Positions 14,210 to 29,000 of a stretch of 64,000 nt of DNA are shown in pieces. Within the stretch, counting starts at the first letter, position 1; the number at the start of each line of letters is the position of its first letter. This DNA is from Stylophora pistillata (taxonomy: Eukaryota), in the NCBI RefSeq assembly GCF_002571385.2, contig NW_019217983.1, positions 94,709 through 158,708 of the forward strand, read 5' to 3'. The notes beneath the pieces are model-generated. The model was not told where the DNA came from. It saw only the letters and a program-made list of their open reading frames with translations, and did not search any database. The position numbers and the translations under genes were made by a program.

Positions 14210-14832
14210 AGTCATGAAGTCACTTTAAGCAACAACTTGCCGAGAGACATCAGCTTCACAAGCTGCTTCTAAAATGTTAAAGCACATTTTTCATTTTCCT
14301 CATCGAGCTTTAAGTACTTTTTTGAACTATAAGGGTTTTGTATGTTCGTGTTGCGCAATTTTTTATTGCTTATATTAGACAATGGGGAGTGGATGTAGTT
14401 AGATGAGTGTGAATATCTCTTTTGAATTTGATATGAATGCAAATCATGATTAGACCTTCGGGATATCACTTGCACGGTGTTTAACCAATGAACGCTTAAA
14501 TAGCCAAGCACCTCATAAGTTTTTTCATTTTCTGTACTTAGGCTTTTGCTTTCAGATGGAAAATAACATAAAATGTTTATAAACATTTACTTGGAGACAG
14601 TAAAGCATGTTACTCCTTGCATTTATTTTGGAGTGTTGTTTGTTTTGGTGATACGAGAGCCTTCCTGTTATTAAGAAAACAGTCCATGGTAACTCGCCAT
14701 CTATATTTCCATCCATTGCCCATAAGAACTCCTCGTTTGGTAACCTATTAAAACCCACGGCTAACATCATAACCCAATAATATAATGCCTTGCTACTATC
14801 ACATAGACGCTCTACAAGGGGACAGAGGGCTN

Positions 14833-15593
14833 ACCCTGATGGAAAAGTAGAAAACGTCATTCACAAATTGAACACAAAGAGTGCTGCGGCAGGATAATAT
14901 AAATTGCATTGCTGCACAGTATTAGTTCAGTTACAAGCCCTGTGGTCATCCTATTTTTCAGAGTTAGTCCTCAGTTTCTAATTTTCTTGTCAACTTGTCA
15001 ACTAACACCAGACTCAAGGGAAACTTTAATACTTTAGATGTCTCAGCCAAAGATAACAATGGTCTTCGAAAGGATTCCCCGAACCTGTCTTGTTATACAC
15101 AACATCTTAATATAGTATCTGTCCCGAAACTTTCACATTGAGAGGATTTACCTTTACTGCAGAGGTTTTTGAGTCAAAGCAGAGAGGACAGGCCAAGCTA
15201 CTTTTCAAACATTAACCAAAACATATTCTCAAGACTGTTCACGCAGGTTACCCCTATTTTAATGTCTATAGAATCTATTCTTTTCTTGTCTATGTTTAAA
15301 CAGTCCCAAGTGAAGCAAATTTATTGTCTAGTTTGTTCCTTACCAAATCACTGCGTTGTTGTTGCACCGGTGTTATATAGACGTTTTGTCCACTAGGATC
15401 TCTGTACGCATAAGTCGGAGGCGGCGCCCTCTGGTTCAAAATTCTGCAGAGTAGACAGATCACCATGCACTCAGAATTACTATGACTTTATTGTCATCAC
15501 AACCACTTTAAACAAAAAAAATCAAGAAAGCACGATAATTCATATAATGAAAAGACTTTACCGTTGTCTGTCTGCAGGATCCCAGACTACTAT
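14833..15593. repeat. 761-bp near-identical copy of 17547-18307 (3' exons and introns of the KIAA1549-like gene)
   Basis: I saw only one substitution (GGTCATCC vs GGTCAACC). The copy begins right after the N at 14832 and breaks mid-exon at CTACTAT. Confidence 0.9.
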
Positions 15594-16302
15594 AGTGGAG
15601 GATTACATTGAAATTAAACTTATTTATTTGTTGAATTGTCACCTTTAGTTTACTAAATAAGATACGCAGGTTAATTGTTTCTTGAAATACTGTCTCATTT
15701 CAAGTGGAAACTACGCAGACTTTCAAATATATTACATTTTGTACAGAATTGCCACCTAGCTAAAATGGAATAGAGCGCATTTCCATTCAGTTTTGTAAAA
15801 CGAAAGTCATCACACTGCAACAGAAAATCAGAGGAAGGGGAAATATCACGTGGAGCCGATGAGAACTCATCGTTTGAAACAGGCAAACTGCATAAAGCGC
15901 GCCAGTACCAGTTCCACGGTCGCGATCATTTGTTTTAATTTGAGCCTCTCAAATAGGAAGGCTTTTGGTTTATCGTACGTCATTGCTGGATTTAACGCCG
16001 GCAGGTGAATTAGGAGTCTGCATTTTAACTATGATCAATCTTCTACAGACCTCTGGGACAGATTTCATCACGTAGATTTCATTAGTTTGACCATTACAAG
16101 GCTGTCACAACGGCTAAGGGGAACTTCTAATTGGCCAATATTTCGACTTATGTCACTAGTCTTCTTTTGGGCTGGTGTTATATTTTCTTTAAGATAGAGC
16201 TTTGAAAATTTGGTCTCGAGATGAAAGGGCGATAGAGAACTTTCTTTTGCCACGTGCAATGTAGAACAGTTTAGGGATCCAGACGACATCGCTCATTGGA
16301 GG

Positions 16303-16601
16303 ATAGAGCATATTCCAATTGTGTCGTAAAAACCAAAGTAATCACACTGGCCAATCATAAAACCGGAAAACATCACAAAAGGCCCATGAAAACTCATAGC
16401 AAAAACAAGAAAACTCCCTCCAAACACAAGCAAACTTCCTCAAGTGCGGGAATACACAAGTGGCGAAGTGCTGATTGGTTTTAGTTTTGCATCTAAACGG
16501 TCGAAAGAATGGCACGAGTTTTCTAGACCAATCACAGACAGTATCAAGGCATGATCAGTTCGATCAAAGATCACTCTCCACACTCAACTGAAAATAGCTC
16601 T
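16303..16601. mobile_element. Degenerate MITE (TAGAGC...TGTCGTAAAAACCAAAGTAATCAC...CACTCAACTGAAAATAGCTCT)
   Basis: Imperfect inverted termini and internal CCAATCA repeats of the kind common in anthozoan non-autonomous elements. Confidence 0.45.
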
Positions 16602-17025
16602 CACAAGTAAATCCTTTCAACCCTTTCATAGTTTGGTCGTAACAAAGAAAATTTACTTCCCATTGTAGCCTCACGGCACAATTATAGTTTAATTCTAGTC
16701 AAGAATTGGCTATTGACTAAAAAGGGAAGCAAATCCCATACAAAGAAGCTATTTACACCATTTTCTTTAAAAGTAACAATTTTAAATGACATTTCAACAT
16801 TAAATATATCTACAAATGTTTACCTTTGTAAAAGTAATTAAGAAAACGTAAATGAGTATGAGTGAGTAAACTCGTATTACGGATTTATCACGTAATTGAC
16901 ACAAACTGCCAAAAATGTACCTTCTTTTTTAAAAACCGCTTGACAAATATCCTCGCTGCTATTCCTCAAATGTAAAATATTCAGTGATCATTAAAATACC
17001 TGATATAAAAATTTGTTTATCAATG

Positions 17026-20000
17026 CTATAGCTCTGTAATGGGTGTTTTCCTAGAGGCTCCTTGGGACAATCTAAAAAGTTCGTCTTTTATTGATTTAAT
17101 CAAGGGTTGTGGAGATTGTCCAAGTGTAGATCCCTGCTTGTCAAAAGTACCGTGGGCTGACATATTCAGTACTGTGTCGTGAGGTGGCATGGCCTGAAGA
17201 TGAGATAGGAAACTTGTGTCTTTAGGAGGACTAGAACCTAGCGCACCTGGATAACTTGCCTAAAGCATTAAAGGAAAAGAGAAGAATAACTGATTAAAAA
17301 AAGGTCACGAAATGATCACACTAAATCTTTCAATTAAAAATTCTACTGATCAACCTATCGATGCTAGTACCTGAGCAACTGCGCCCCTACCCCTCCCCTA
17401 ACGCAGCAACAATCAACTGATAACAAGTAGTTTCGTGGTTGCTTATATTCTGGCAGTAATTCTCTTAAACAGTAACTTACTTGAGCCAAATCAGGATAAA
17501 GTGCATCCATTGAGTCCTCAGCGGCATAAGGACTCCATACAAGACCACCCTGATGGAAAAGTAGAAAACGTCATTCACAAATTGAACACAAAGAGTGCTG
17601 CGGCAGGATAATATAAATTGCATTGCTGCACAGTATTAGTTCAGTTACAAGCCCTGTGGTCAACCTATTTTTCAGAGTTAGTCCTCAGTTTCTAATTTTC
17701 TTGTCAACTTGTCAACTAACACCAGACTCAAGGGAAACTTTAATACTTTAGATGTCTCAGCCAAAGATAACAATGGTCTTCGAAAGGATTCCCCGAACCT
17801 GTCTTGTTATACACAACATCTTAATATAGTATCTGTCCCGAAACTTTCACATTGAGAGGATTTACCTTTACTGCAGAGGTTTTTGAGTCAAAGCAGAGAG
17901 GACAGGCCAAGCTACTTTTCAAACATTAACCAAAACATATTCTCAAGACTGTTCACGCAGGTTACCCCTATTTTAATGTCTATAGAATCTATTCTTTTCT
18001 TGTCTATGTTTAAACAGTCCCAAGTGAAGCAAATTTATTGTCTAGTTTGTTCCTTACCAAATCACTGCGTTGTTGTTGCACCGGTGTTATATAGACGTTT
18101 TGTCCACTAGGATCTCTGTACGCATAAGTCGGAGGCGGCGCCCTCTGGTTCAAAATTCTGCAGAGTAGACAGATCACCATGCACTCAGAATTACTATGAC
18201 TTTATTGTCATCACAACCACTTTAAACAAAAAAAATCAAGAAAGCACGATAATTCATATAATGAAAAGACTTTACCGTTGTCTGTCTGCAGGATCCCAGA
18301 CTACTATCGGATCACGTGTCACAACCGGTCGTACAGGAGGGCGGCCTGGGTAGCCTGGCATACCAAGAGGGGTCTGAGGCATACCAAGAGGGGTCTGGGG
18401 CATACCAAGAGGGGTCTGGGGCATACCAACTGGGTAACCAGGCATTGTCGGCTGAACGCGCTTTCGCTGTCCAGGTGTCGGTTCAGTGGCTCGGCCGTGA
18501 GCTGGGGGTGGTTCTGGCAAAGCAGGCTGCCCTCCGATATATCTATACACGAAGGGTTAATGTATGCAATATCGTTAACAAGCTAAATCTGACAAGTAAT
18601 CCAAGATCTTTGGCCGATTTTGAGGGAGCTATGTTAACTCATTTGGATTCCTGTTCTGAGATGTGTACAAAAACTCTCCTCTATCCTAACAAGGTTCCAA
18701 AATGCCAGATGTAATAAGAGTCGGAAAGACAAGAACGGATTGGACATGGAATGCCAAACTTTAAAAGTCTGCACTCGCTTTTTCACATTGAGCAGACCGT
18801 GTGGCTGCTCCATTAAGAAATAACACTCTACAGTGTTTGTGCAACGGCAGAAGCCAGAAAAGGTCTCGGACAAAATGAGAATAAGTAAAAAATTAATAAA
18901 ACGAGACAGCTGACTTTACATTCAAACCACTCACCTTGGAATAACAGCTGGACGAGCTGGGGTCGAGGTATATACCTGTGGGGGCTGGGGGGCAGGATGT
19001 GATGGATGTCCCTCGGGTACTTTATCAGGTTTCTTTGCAAGCTGTGGTCCAAATAAGGAGAACGCGTCATCAAGCATGGCGTGCATGCGTCGACGTGTTT
19101 CATTCATGTCAATTTCGGATTCCTCTTCGCTTGATGGATTCGAGGCCGAGTCCGCCGGTTTCCCACGTTTCTTGTCTCGGTCCTAGAATGATTAAATACA
19201 ATGAAATTCGTAAGAGCTGTAAAGGCTTATATCTTGCCATTCAGTTCTAGCAGTGAAGTATCATTTGGTTAATCTGGCGAATAACAGGGACAGATATACT
19301 CCACTGAATATGATTCAAAACAGGTTTCAAATTCAAGTTTGTTAACTTCGTTCGAAATCCTTCACGACTTTCCGGAGAAATCTTTGTCGCTCTAGTTGAT
19401 GGTTGAGCGAATAGTTGGCAAAACAGCTGCTTCGAGAAATCACTGACCTTTGAAAGATGCAATAATGTGACACCTTTGGGGCAGCCGGGGAAAGCTACAA
19501 ATAATAATAATAATGATGACAACGAGGTCACTGGCTATTTGACATGCCGTTGGCTTTCACAGAGTGAATCAATCTTAATTCTGACATAGAAATATCTGGA
19601 TTCTGTAGGGCGCCGGCTATGAATTTAGTTCTCAAGACGAGAACTAAAACTTATACCTGTGTGCTCGTGGAGGATACTGTTTTCGGACTTTTAAGTTTGC
19701 GGTAGCTCTTCAGATGCGGCACTCCTTCTTCATCCGTAGCTACTGAACTGCTTGGGGGACGTTTCCTCCGAGGTCTTCGCTTCTTTCCACTGCAAATGGA
19801 AAAACCTTTGTTTAAAGAATCAAATAACCAACACAACGGTATCTACAACACCGAGAATAGAACAGAATACTAGTGATGGGTTCCCACAACAGAAAACGTT
19901 CTAGAATCCGATCGTGTAGCGTGGGAAAAAAAGGCAAAATTCTTAGTCAGACAAACGAGCCTTGATAAACAATTTCACAAAATGAACTCGTCATTTCTCC

Positions 20001-23000
20001 GATGGTCTCCTCAAAACGTCATTCATAGTTGAACGTTGCTGCAGGTAACAATATTCAAAAGAGATATATAGCGACGAAAATCCACACACATATGGTCTAC
20101 AGTAAACCGATATTCAGTACACAAATACTCACGTGATAACTCTCTCCGCATCATCGTCTCCGAGAGCATCGTCGATGTCATGCTGAGCTCTGTCCCACGC
20201 TCTCCTCTCACTAACAACTGCACTTGAGCGTCGAGAATCATTACGCTTCCTTTCTCGCAGTCTTTGCTTGTTCTTTTGCCGTTCCAAGGCCGCCCTCTGT
20301 TCTAACTCTCGTCTCTTCGCTTTCCCTTTTCTGCGGCCTCTTGTAGAGTCATCTTCGGATGGCGGCTAAGATACAAAATTACACATTGGCTTGAGCAGCA
20401 CAGCCTAACTTACTATAGCAGCTAGTCAGCGGAGAGATTAAATAAACTACGACATTTTTATTATTCTCCACACTGACGATCACTTAAGGGGATCCATAGG
20501 GAAGGATTATGCCTTAGGATAGAGATAGACTAAAATTGCACATAAACAACTTAAACATCTTGGGCTAAATTTTCAAGATACAAAAAATATGTAACCCGGC
20601 TCATTGAAATGGGAAATAACGTCAGCCTCAAAACCCCCTCGGTTTTAATAAGTTATCGAGGGAAAAAAATTCACTTCTTCGCTCACATGCTAGAGAAATT
20701 CAATTTACCTCTACTTTAACTCCAACCAAAGATGTTCGCTTCGGATCTAACGGGGGCAGGTTTGGGGCGGGATGTACCGAGGAACGGAACCGCACAGGGG
20801 GGTAACGCGGGGGACCGCTGGCTTCACTCATCACGGCAACAGTTGGTATTTGGCCAGGTGAATGGCTTGGCTGAAAATAGAGACCAAAAAATTAATCAAT
20901 TGAGAAAAATGTTTTTAAAGAATTTCCTTGAAAAATTCATTATCAAACTTCGAAAGAGGTCTTTCTGAAGGCTGGTTTCATCAAAAATCGATTGATCATC
21001 ATTACCTTCTCGGGCGGTGCTACACTTTCGGGTTCAGACTCGGACTCTTCTTCCGAGAGTTGACTATCTTCTTCACTGTCCAGTTCAGATCGTTCAATAG
21101 GCCTCTGAGGTTGGGCCGGAGGGTACTGTCTGGAGACCGGTGGTGGTTTTGCTGAGGTTCTACCTTTTGTTAACGCCTCAGTACTTCCAGCGACGGATAC
21201 TGGGCTATCTTCACTTTCTTCTTCTTCTTCTTCTTCCTCTTCCTCAAAGGTGGGGTTTGTCCTAGTGTGAGAGGAAAGAAACCATAGCTGTTGATATAAG
21301 ATTATACTCATAATGCATGCTTCACAAACAGCTGTCGCTTCCGTTATGGCAAAAACTTATAATAATAACTCTTACTGATCGGAGTTAAGAATGCTATCTT
21401 TGTGGCTCGTCAGTATCAACAACTGTCAACAGAGAAGAGAAAAATTACCCAACCACCCTAGAGAAGTTCTACACCTTTCATGAAGGGTAGAACAACAGAA
21501 GAGACAACAAGATACTTGTGTACCGCGATTGAGTCTTACTGAGTGACTGAGTATATATGGGACTGGTCCAAAGAACAAGAACATGAACACAGAATCTCTC
21601 AGTCGCCACTTACTGCCTTTGTTCCCTGACCGGTAGTTTCTGTATTGGTCGCTTGGGAACCTTTCTCCGTAAAGAAGTCTCTCGTCTTCTAGGTTTTGCC
21701 TCAGCTTCCTCGTCATCAGCAGCAGAGGATGGGGAGCGCGTCGTAAAGGGCGTTGTCTTCATACCTGCTGATACTCCTGGCTCGTTGTGACGAACTACGT
21801 CATAACCATGCACAGGCTTAGGGTTGAGGACAGAAATAACCGAATGAGAATTGGTACAGCATTCCAAGAATCATTTTGTGAGAAATTGTTTGTGCGCTAC
21901 AATTCTGTGGTTTCGGAGCCTCTAAAGACTTCAAGGAGCTATGGCCGAGTTTTGGCGTCTTGTTAAGTCTTCGAATTCGTCATTCTCAACCCGTTTGAAT
22001 CTCTTCCAACCTTACAATTTTATCCTCCTCGGTCCATCCTAGCTTTTCATATTTTTCTATCTTACCGAAGAACATTACATTTTAGGGTGTAGAAATATTG
22101 AAAGAGGGATTGAGCATAAACTCAACAAGTGTGCATATGTTCTTTTTGCTAAACCGTCTAGTGTTTACCATCTCTGAAAACAGAATTTAAGTACGAGGAG
22201 TCCTTCCAGAAAAGAAATGACTCAAGCCAAAGGGGTCTTGAAACGAAGGCTAGACGACCTCCTCTACAGGTAATCAATAGTAATCAAAGTTTAATGTCTT
22301 TACGTGGGGCATGGTTACCCATATTGCCCGAGCCAGACGCTCATGTATGAAACGCAAGACAACAATCCACCCATCCCACCCCAGGGNGTCCCTATCCGAG
22401 AAGACTAGAATATCTAAACCATTTCTTGATGTTGTAGAAAGGCAGCATATTCTTCCCAATTATTTTAAGACCTTGAGTGTTGGTCCGGCCGGGGTTCGAA
22501 CCCTCGACCTCCTGCACATCAGTCCAGCGTTCTATCCATTGAGCTAACCGGGAGGTACATTAGACTACAAACTGTCACTTGAAAAACTCTCACCATTCTC
22601 TTGTCTCTGTCCAACATTTCAATCCTATGTGGATCGACCTTGGATGTCGGAGCACCTTTTTTCAATCGCCAGCAAATTAACAACAAGATGATAATCAATA
22701 CAATTGGACAGAAGACCGCTACAAAAATCAACCATGTGTGTTGTGTTGAAGCCACAGTGGGTGGTATTTCAGTGGTCAGCACTACTGCTTGTCTGGGAGC
22801 AGTTATAATCTAAATTGGTAAAAGAATGGAATTTTCATGTAATAATTCAGCAAAGGGTCAAATTTTCGACGCCAAAAACAAGTTCATATTCAAGTACACG
22901 ACAACAAAGGCTTACGGAAAATTTCCAAATAAGGCGCCGAATTGTCACATTTTCAAATTGGGCTCTTTCACGGTCCTATTTGTTTGTTTCTTAGCTACGA

Positions 23001-26000
23001 CACGCGTTTAACAAAGGGGACGTGTGCTGTCAGCCGGGAAATATTTCACTTCTGCATAGCGATATAAACCAGGAAACAACCGCGAAGATAAGTGCACATT
23101 CAGCAGGTCTCTGTTATGAAATTAAAACTTACCGCATATGGTCTGGTTAGTGAAGTCATCTGGCTGGTGCTCAGTCGATTCATGACAGATACCACATAAC
23201 TGGAGCTAACAACTTTGCCAGAGTCAAACACGAAAAATGTAACATCTACCTCAGAGGCCTGAGAATCAGTTTTTCTCACAGTGTCTTTAATCTGTTTGAA
23301 GAATTCAGAAAGTTTGTTAGCCTGCTACTTAACACTCACCCACTCACCCTCTACAACTGGATGATTTAATTATTAATTATTATAGAAGAGACGAACTTGT
23401 AACAAATCTAGTTTAAGAAGACTTTTGCCGTGAAGTAAACCACAATCTTATATCTACCCTATCATATCTACCGGACAGGTTCACGAAAGCTTATGTCATA
23501 CCTCTTCTGTTCGAGACGAAAAAGGCCCAAATAAGTCTCAGAGGAGATGCAAATAACTCACAAGGCTTGAGCGATCTCCAATTCACAACCTTGAAGCGAC
23601 AAGGGGTGTTGCTATATTCCCGAATGGGAAGCTGGTCCAACGTAGGTAGTTACTACCCCCCTCCCCTACCATCACCACCACCACCTTAACATTTCTTCAG
23701 ATTCCCTGACAGTTCAATGATAGCATTTTACAGTCCACTTCAGAGAGAGACTCTGTGGGAGAAGATTGTCCTGCTTCATGATACAACATTATGAGCGGGC
23801 CATGGCTTGACCCCAGACCTCTCGATACGGAGTACAACGGGTTAGCACATCAGGCTAAAGTCCAGGTCTCGGCGCAGCTCTTAAATCAATCGATTCCAAT
23901 GGTTAGTTTTTAAAACTTACAGTTGCACTTGTGCTTCCGCTGCGCCTCTTTCTGCGTGAATTGATCTTGCCCTTGCCGTTCTGATACACCGTAGCAAGTT
24001 TGCTCGCTAAGTCACTTCTGAACGAGGCGTTGGCTAAATCCACACTTTCTGCAACACTAACCCCTATGATGACGTAATCCGCTTCAGTAGCGGTGAGTGA
24101 GTCAGGAATGTAAACCTGGACCAAGACCTGTGAATAAAGCAACGATTTATTTGAAATCTAGTCACACACTATAAGCTGTCCCTATTCTCGAGATTACAAG
24201 AAGTAGACTCGAAACGAAGAATAGAGAAGTGCAAAATTCTACAGTTTTTATTTTAATCTATAAAAAGCAGAAATGCTTCTCATTTTCCGAAGTCTATCTA
24301 ATTAAAGAGGAAGTAAAAAATTCGACCCTAAGGCTACAGTTTGTACATGATAGTTAGATACCTCAACTTCAAGATCTGTGTTGAGCAAGTTTACATGAGG
24401 AACTTTAAAGGTTTCGACCACGTCAGTTGCATTGACAGGAGTGCCATCAACAGAGATGTAAAATTCCAAGTACACAATGTTATTTGGTTCGTGGATGATA
24501 GTCGTGATCTGAAAACAGAAATGACCATTAACTTAACACAAATATACATCTCGAAAATCACGTAATGATGATTATTTAAATCCTTACTTCTTAAATACCA
24601 GAGACTGAATTGACTTACTGTAGCGGTAACAAGGGTTGTAAACTGCTTCTGCTTTCTGTAATAGGCAGCCAGGTTGTCTTCCAGCTTCTTTTTGTTCGCC
24701 GGAGCGGAGATGTTCTCACTAGCAGACGATGCAATGATTAAAGACACAAGGATATGCGATGGAGGTGCTGTGGTTGGTGGTACTACCAATACTTCAGGCA
24801 TGTTAACAACCTACATAAGAACATAATGGAGGAAGATTAGTATTTAGCAGGATTTCTAAGGAAAACTTCTGTTAGTTACTCCAAATACAAAATTCAATCT
24901 AAAGTTCTCCTTACTACTCTTCTCCCTCTTTCTCTCAACAGATTCGAGTGGCATTGCCAATTCAATAGTAGCATAGCCCAAATTAAAGAGCGCATTCACA
25001 TAACTTTTAAGGCAAGCTCTGTATCTGCGCCTTAAGTCGGCGAAGACTGGTAAATATATACTAATAGCTATTTGTTTCCGCGTCATAAAGTTCACCTCTT
25101 TCCCTGCAAACAAGACGTCGAAGTCTTCCGGCCGCGTCGCAATTTGCCACGACTCAGTTATACCTCTATATGGAGTAAAGCATGCACTTTTCAGTGTAAC
25201 GCTTAGGCAAAAAATGCAACGTGACAGATCAGATGCGAACCTAGCTAATCGCGACTTGGCCAACTTCAGTGCTCCAGGCAGTTACCTTGTGTTAACTTTT
25301 AGTGCTCAGTAACTGTTCCCGATATTCTCCTTTTGTTCTGACTGGCCGTTGTAGCTCACTCAAGACACTCAGCTGAAATTCACTTAAATACTTTGACGAA
25401 AAGAGAGTTTATTTACTTACTTCAAACTTGACAAAATTTCTTAGCTCAGCCTTTGTTAACTTCTGATAGGCTTGAGCAGCCTCGGAAGCAGGAACCTGCC
25501 TATCGCCTTGTGAGACGAAAAAGGTCACATTAACATCCTCTCCGTTGTTCACGCGCTCTATGTTGTCGATCTGTTGGAAAAAGTGAAGATAGAATTGTGA
25601 AATGATTCTCGAGGGTGAGCAATAATAAACGCAATTGTAGACAGGAAAGCCTGACAAACGAATTCAGTCTTCCAAAGGGCTCTAGCCGATGTTTCCCAGG
25701 TAGCGGCCAGACGCTACTATGTATAAAGTAATTTTTGCGAAAAGAGTCATAAAAAGAGAGCTGTAGTCATTATAAAACTAAACAATCGTGTAGTCTAATG
25801 GGAGTTTGATACTGAGTCTCCACAAGATCTGGTTGCGTTAGTATCATTTCTAACAACTTAAAAGTTGTTATTAAGTTCAACAGGAATGTCTACGTGTACA
25901 TCTTGCCATACAAACATGTACACTTGATAAGGTTAAGTTTCCCCTTGCTCGCTGAGCCAAATAAAATTACAAATGACATCCTTAGTGCCTTTCTCAATTT

Positions 26001-29000
26001 TTCTTGGAACCAACTTTTTGAACGCTGTTACGACACACGTAGCTGGTTCGCAATGAAATAGCAAATATTTAGCCAGGCGCTGAAATATCACAAGCCCACA
26101 GGAAAGCCCTATTTCGATAATCACTTTCAAACTGCTACAAGTGAACATCCACTGGCGGGAGGCTTTGGCATGAAACAAAAATTTCACGAGATTTTACTTT
26201 TGCCGCAATGTTGGAGTGATGACCAGATACTTGTAAAGAAAACCAACCAAACAAATCAACATTATAATTTGGTTTTAACCCCTATTGCAAAAATATAAAT
26301 TGGCCACCGTAAAGAATTTCTCAAGCTGACATTCCGAGCGTCAGCTCTTCGTCAGAGTGAAGCATAAGTCCAGCTTTAGTACAAAAGTAACGAGAACTAC
26401 AGTACTTACAGTTACATTGATTTCGGGTGTTGCCCTTCTTTTCCTTCTGGACGTCACCAAACTAAAGGAATACGCCTCTGCGAGATTCTCTTCCAGCTCC
26501 GATTTGAATTCCGGTGACTGGATATCTCTGTCGTTAGGCACTTTCACGATCGTTTCTAGCAACAGAGATGGATTCGGAGGCTTAGGTGTGGGTACAGCCG
26601 CAGAACTTGACACCACTTTGGAAGCTGCTGATGTAGGCGAAATGACTTGACTTGTTGATGGTGGGGTGGAGGAGGATAGCATCTCTGTACCGACCACAGA
26701 CGGACTCTTTGGGTGAAATGAGGAAGTGGAAATGGCTGTTTTCTCAACGCTGGTCTGCGTAGTGGACACAACGCTGACGACATGACTGGTTCCTTTCGAT
26801 ACTGACCGAGTAACGTTGAGCGTTTCAGACACAGAGCTTGACTTGGTAACAGTGGAGACAGCACGCGACGTGGTTGTGTTTATGGAAGGCACGCTGGAGT
26901 TCCCAAAAACAACAGCAGAGGTACTGCTGGGTTTAACAGTAAAATTTGAAAACATTGAGGTAGGAAGATCCATTTGGGAAGATTGGGTGCTTGTGACATT
27001 AACCTGGAGGCTTGGGTGGACAACTACAGAGGTGCTGATATTAAGGGATACAGTTGTTGACATGCGACGAGTAGTCGCATTTGCCAAAACTCCAGATGTA
27101 AAGCTCACATTCACAGTAGCTGTTGGTGACACGTTGAAAGATTGTGTTGTTACCAAAGTTGGCTGCACTATCCTTGTGGTATACACAATATAGCACATCC
27201 CAAGACTCGAAATAGTCACTAGAGGTGGTTTATAAATACGTGAACTTGTGGCCATTGTCATAGACGAGCTGATTACAGTACTGCTTTTTGCTACCGATGG
27301 TGATACTAGAGACTTGAGAGAACTTGAAAATGCCCCCACAGTTTCACTTGGCAATGATATGGAAGATGGAACCTTGGACGAAACAGATGAGTCGGTGGCA
27401 TTCTTGGGTAAATCTGTCAGCGATGAAGCTATTGTTACTGAAAAACTGCCGACTGTTGATGGCGACGAAAATGTTAGGCTAGCGTTTAATGGCTGCTGCG
27501 TCCAACTTCTTTCCAAGGAGGTAAGTGAGGGTGAAGGGACGACGACCATAAACGATTTTGAACTTGATGCCGCTACGGTTGCATGTCCAAGCACTGAAGA
27601 TGGATGACTAACACCTGCCACAGCAGATGAAGTCCTTGTGTCCGAGATATAATTAGAAGACAAAGTTTTATCAACACCAAATGTTGAGATGAGAGATGAA
27701 GTACTGTTGATTGACGTTGCAGTTGCAGATGGCTTCAAGTCCAGGGAGAGAGTGAGGGAATTCTTATCAAAATCAGCGACCGTTGACGAGATAGCCATAC
27801 TTATTACTGACAAGTTTCGTATTATTGACGGCACACCTGTAAATGAGTGACCTTCCATGTATGAAGTGTTCTCCAATTTAGCAGAGGACGACATGTTCAA
27901 ATCCAAGGATAACGTTGAAGGCAGATTTCCATTATACACTGAGGAAAGGCTTCGTAGAGCCATAACAGTGTGGCTGCCTGTATTGTTACCAGTCTCCGAC
28001 CGTAACAGATGAAAGCTGTTCGTTGCACTACTTGGTGAGACCAACGCGGAGGTCGGAACACTGCCATTACTTGCGGATTGCTGCAATGAGGCATGACTAG
28101 AGCTGGGTGATGCCGCAACGATGGAAACATTAGAAGTCGAGTTTTCTGGGGGTAATGAGTTAGACGTACCCACTGGAGTTGAGCTATAGCCCGGTGAGAC
28201 TGACGGTGGCAGCACAACTTGAGTGCTTCTAATAGATGCAAGAGTCACACCACCTAACTGAGATGATGTCGTCGTAGGAAATATTATCAAAACTGATTTA
28301 ACTCCGACAATACTGCCAATCCCAACAAACGACTGTGGTGCTCTAACACTAGTACTGGTATAGGACGGTAAATACATGTCCGAGGATGGGATCGTACTCC
28401 CACCTTCAGCTGACTGTGACGAACTGTTGGCTTTCAGAAGCGTTTGACTGGTCTTAGGCGAGGACAGTACAATTGAAGCTGCTTGACCAGATAGTTGACT
28501 TGTGGAAGCCACAGTCGCCGTTACAGAATTATTTAATGTGAGGGAGGACGAAGATTGACCATCTGAGGTTGAAAAACCAAAATCATCAGCTGCTCGTTTT
28601 TTTCTACGTTTGTCAACAGGGAGTATTGGCGCCGAAGCCTCCAATATAGCTGACGATGATGACAACACTTGTTGTCCAGCTGAAGATCTGCTGTCTACCA
28701 GCAAAACCGATGTTGAAGCAAGAACTTGAGAACTGCTACTAGTCGCAAGAGTCACTCCACCTAACTGAGATGGTGTCATAGTAGGAAATATTATCAATAC
28801 TGATTTTATTCCGATAATACTGCCTATACCAACAAAAGGCTGTGAAGCTCCAATACTAGAACTAGCATTAGACGGTCTGTGTATTTCTGAAGAGAATAGG
28901 ATCTTTTCTACGGTCGTGGAGGCAGTTGTGTTGTCTTCGACCAACGAAAAACTTTTTCCCATGGAACGTGAGTTGCTAATAGTTATACTCGAATTCAGAT

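Noticed and set aside
22480-22551. tRNA gene
   Set aside because: A and B boxes are present, but no acceptor stem is evident and the sequence continues into a SINE body.
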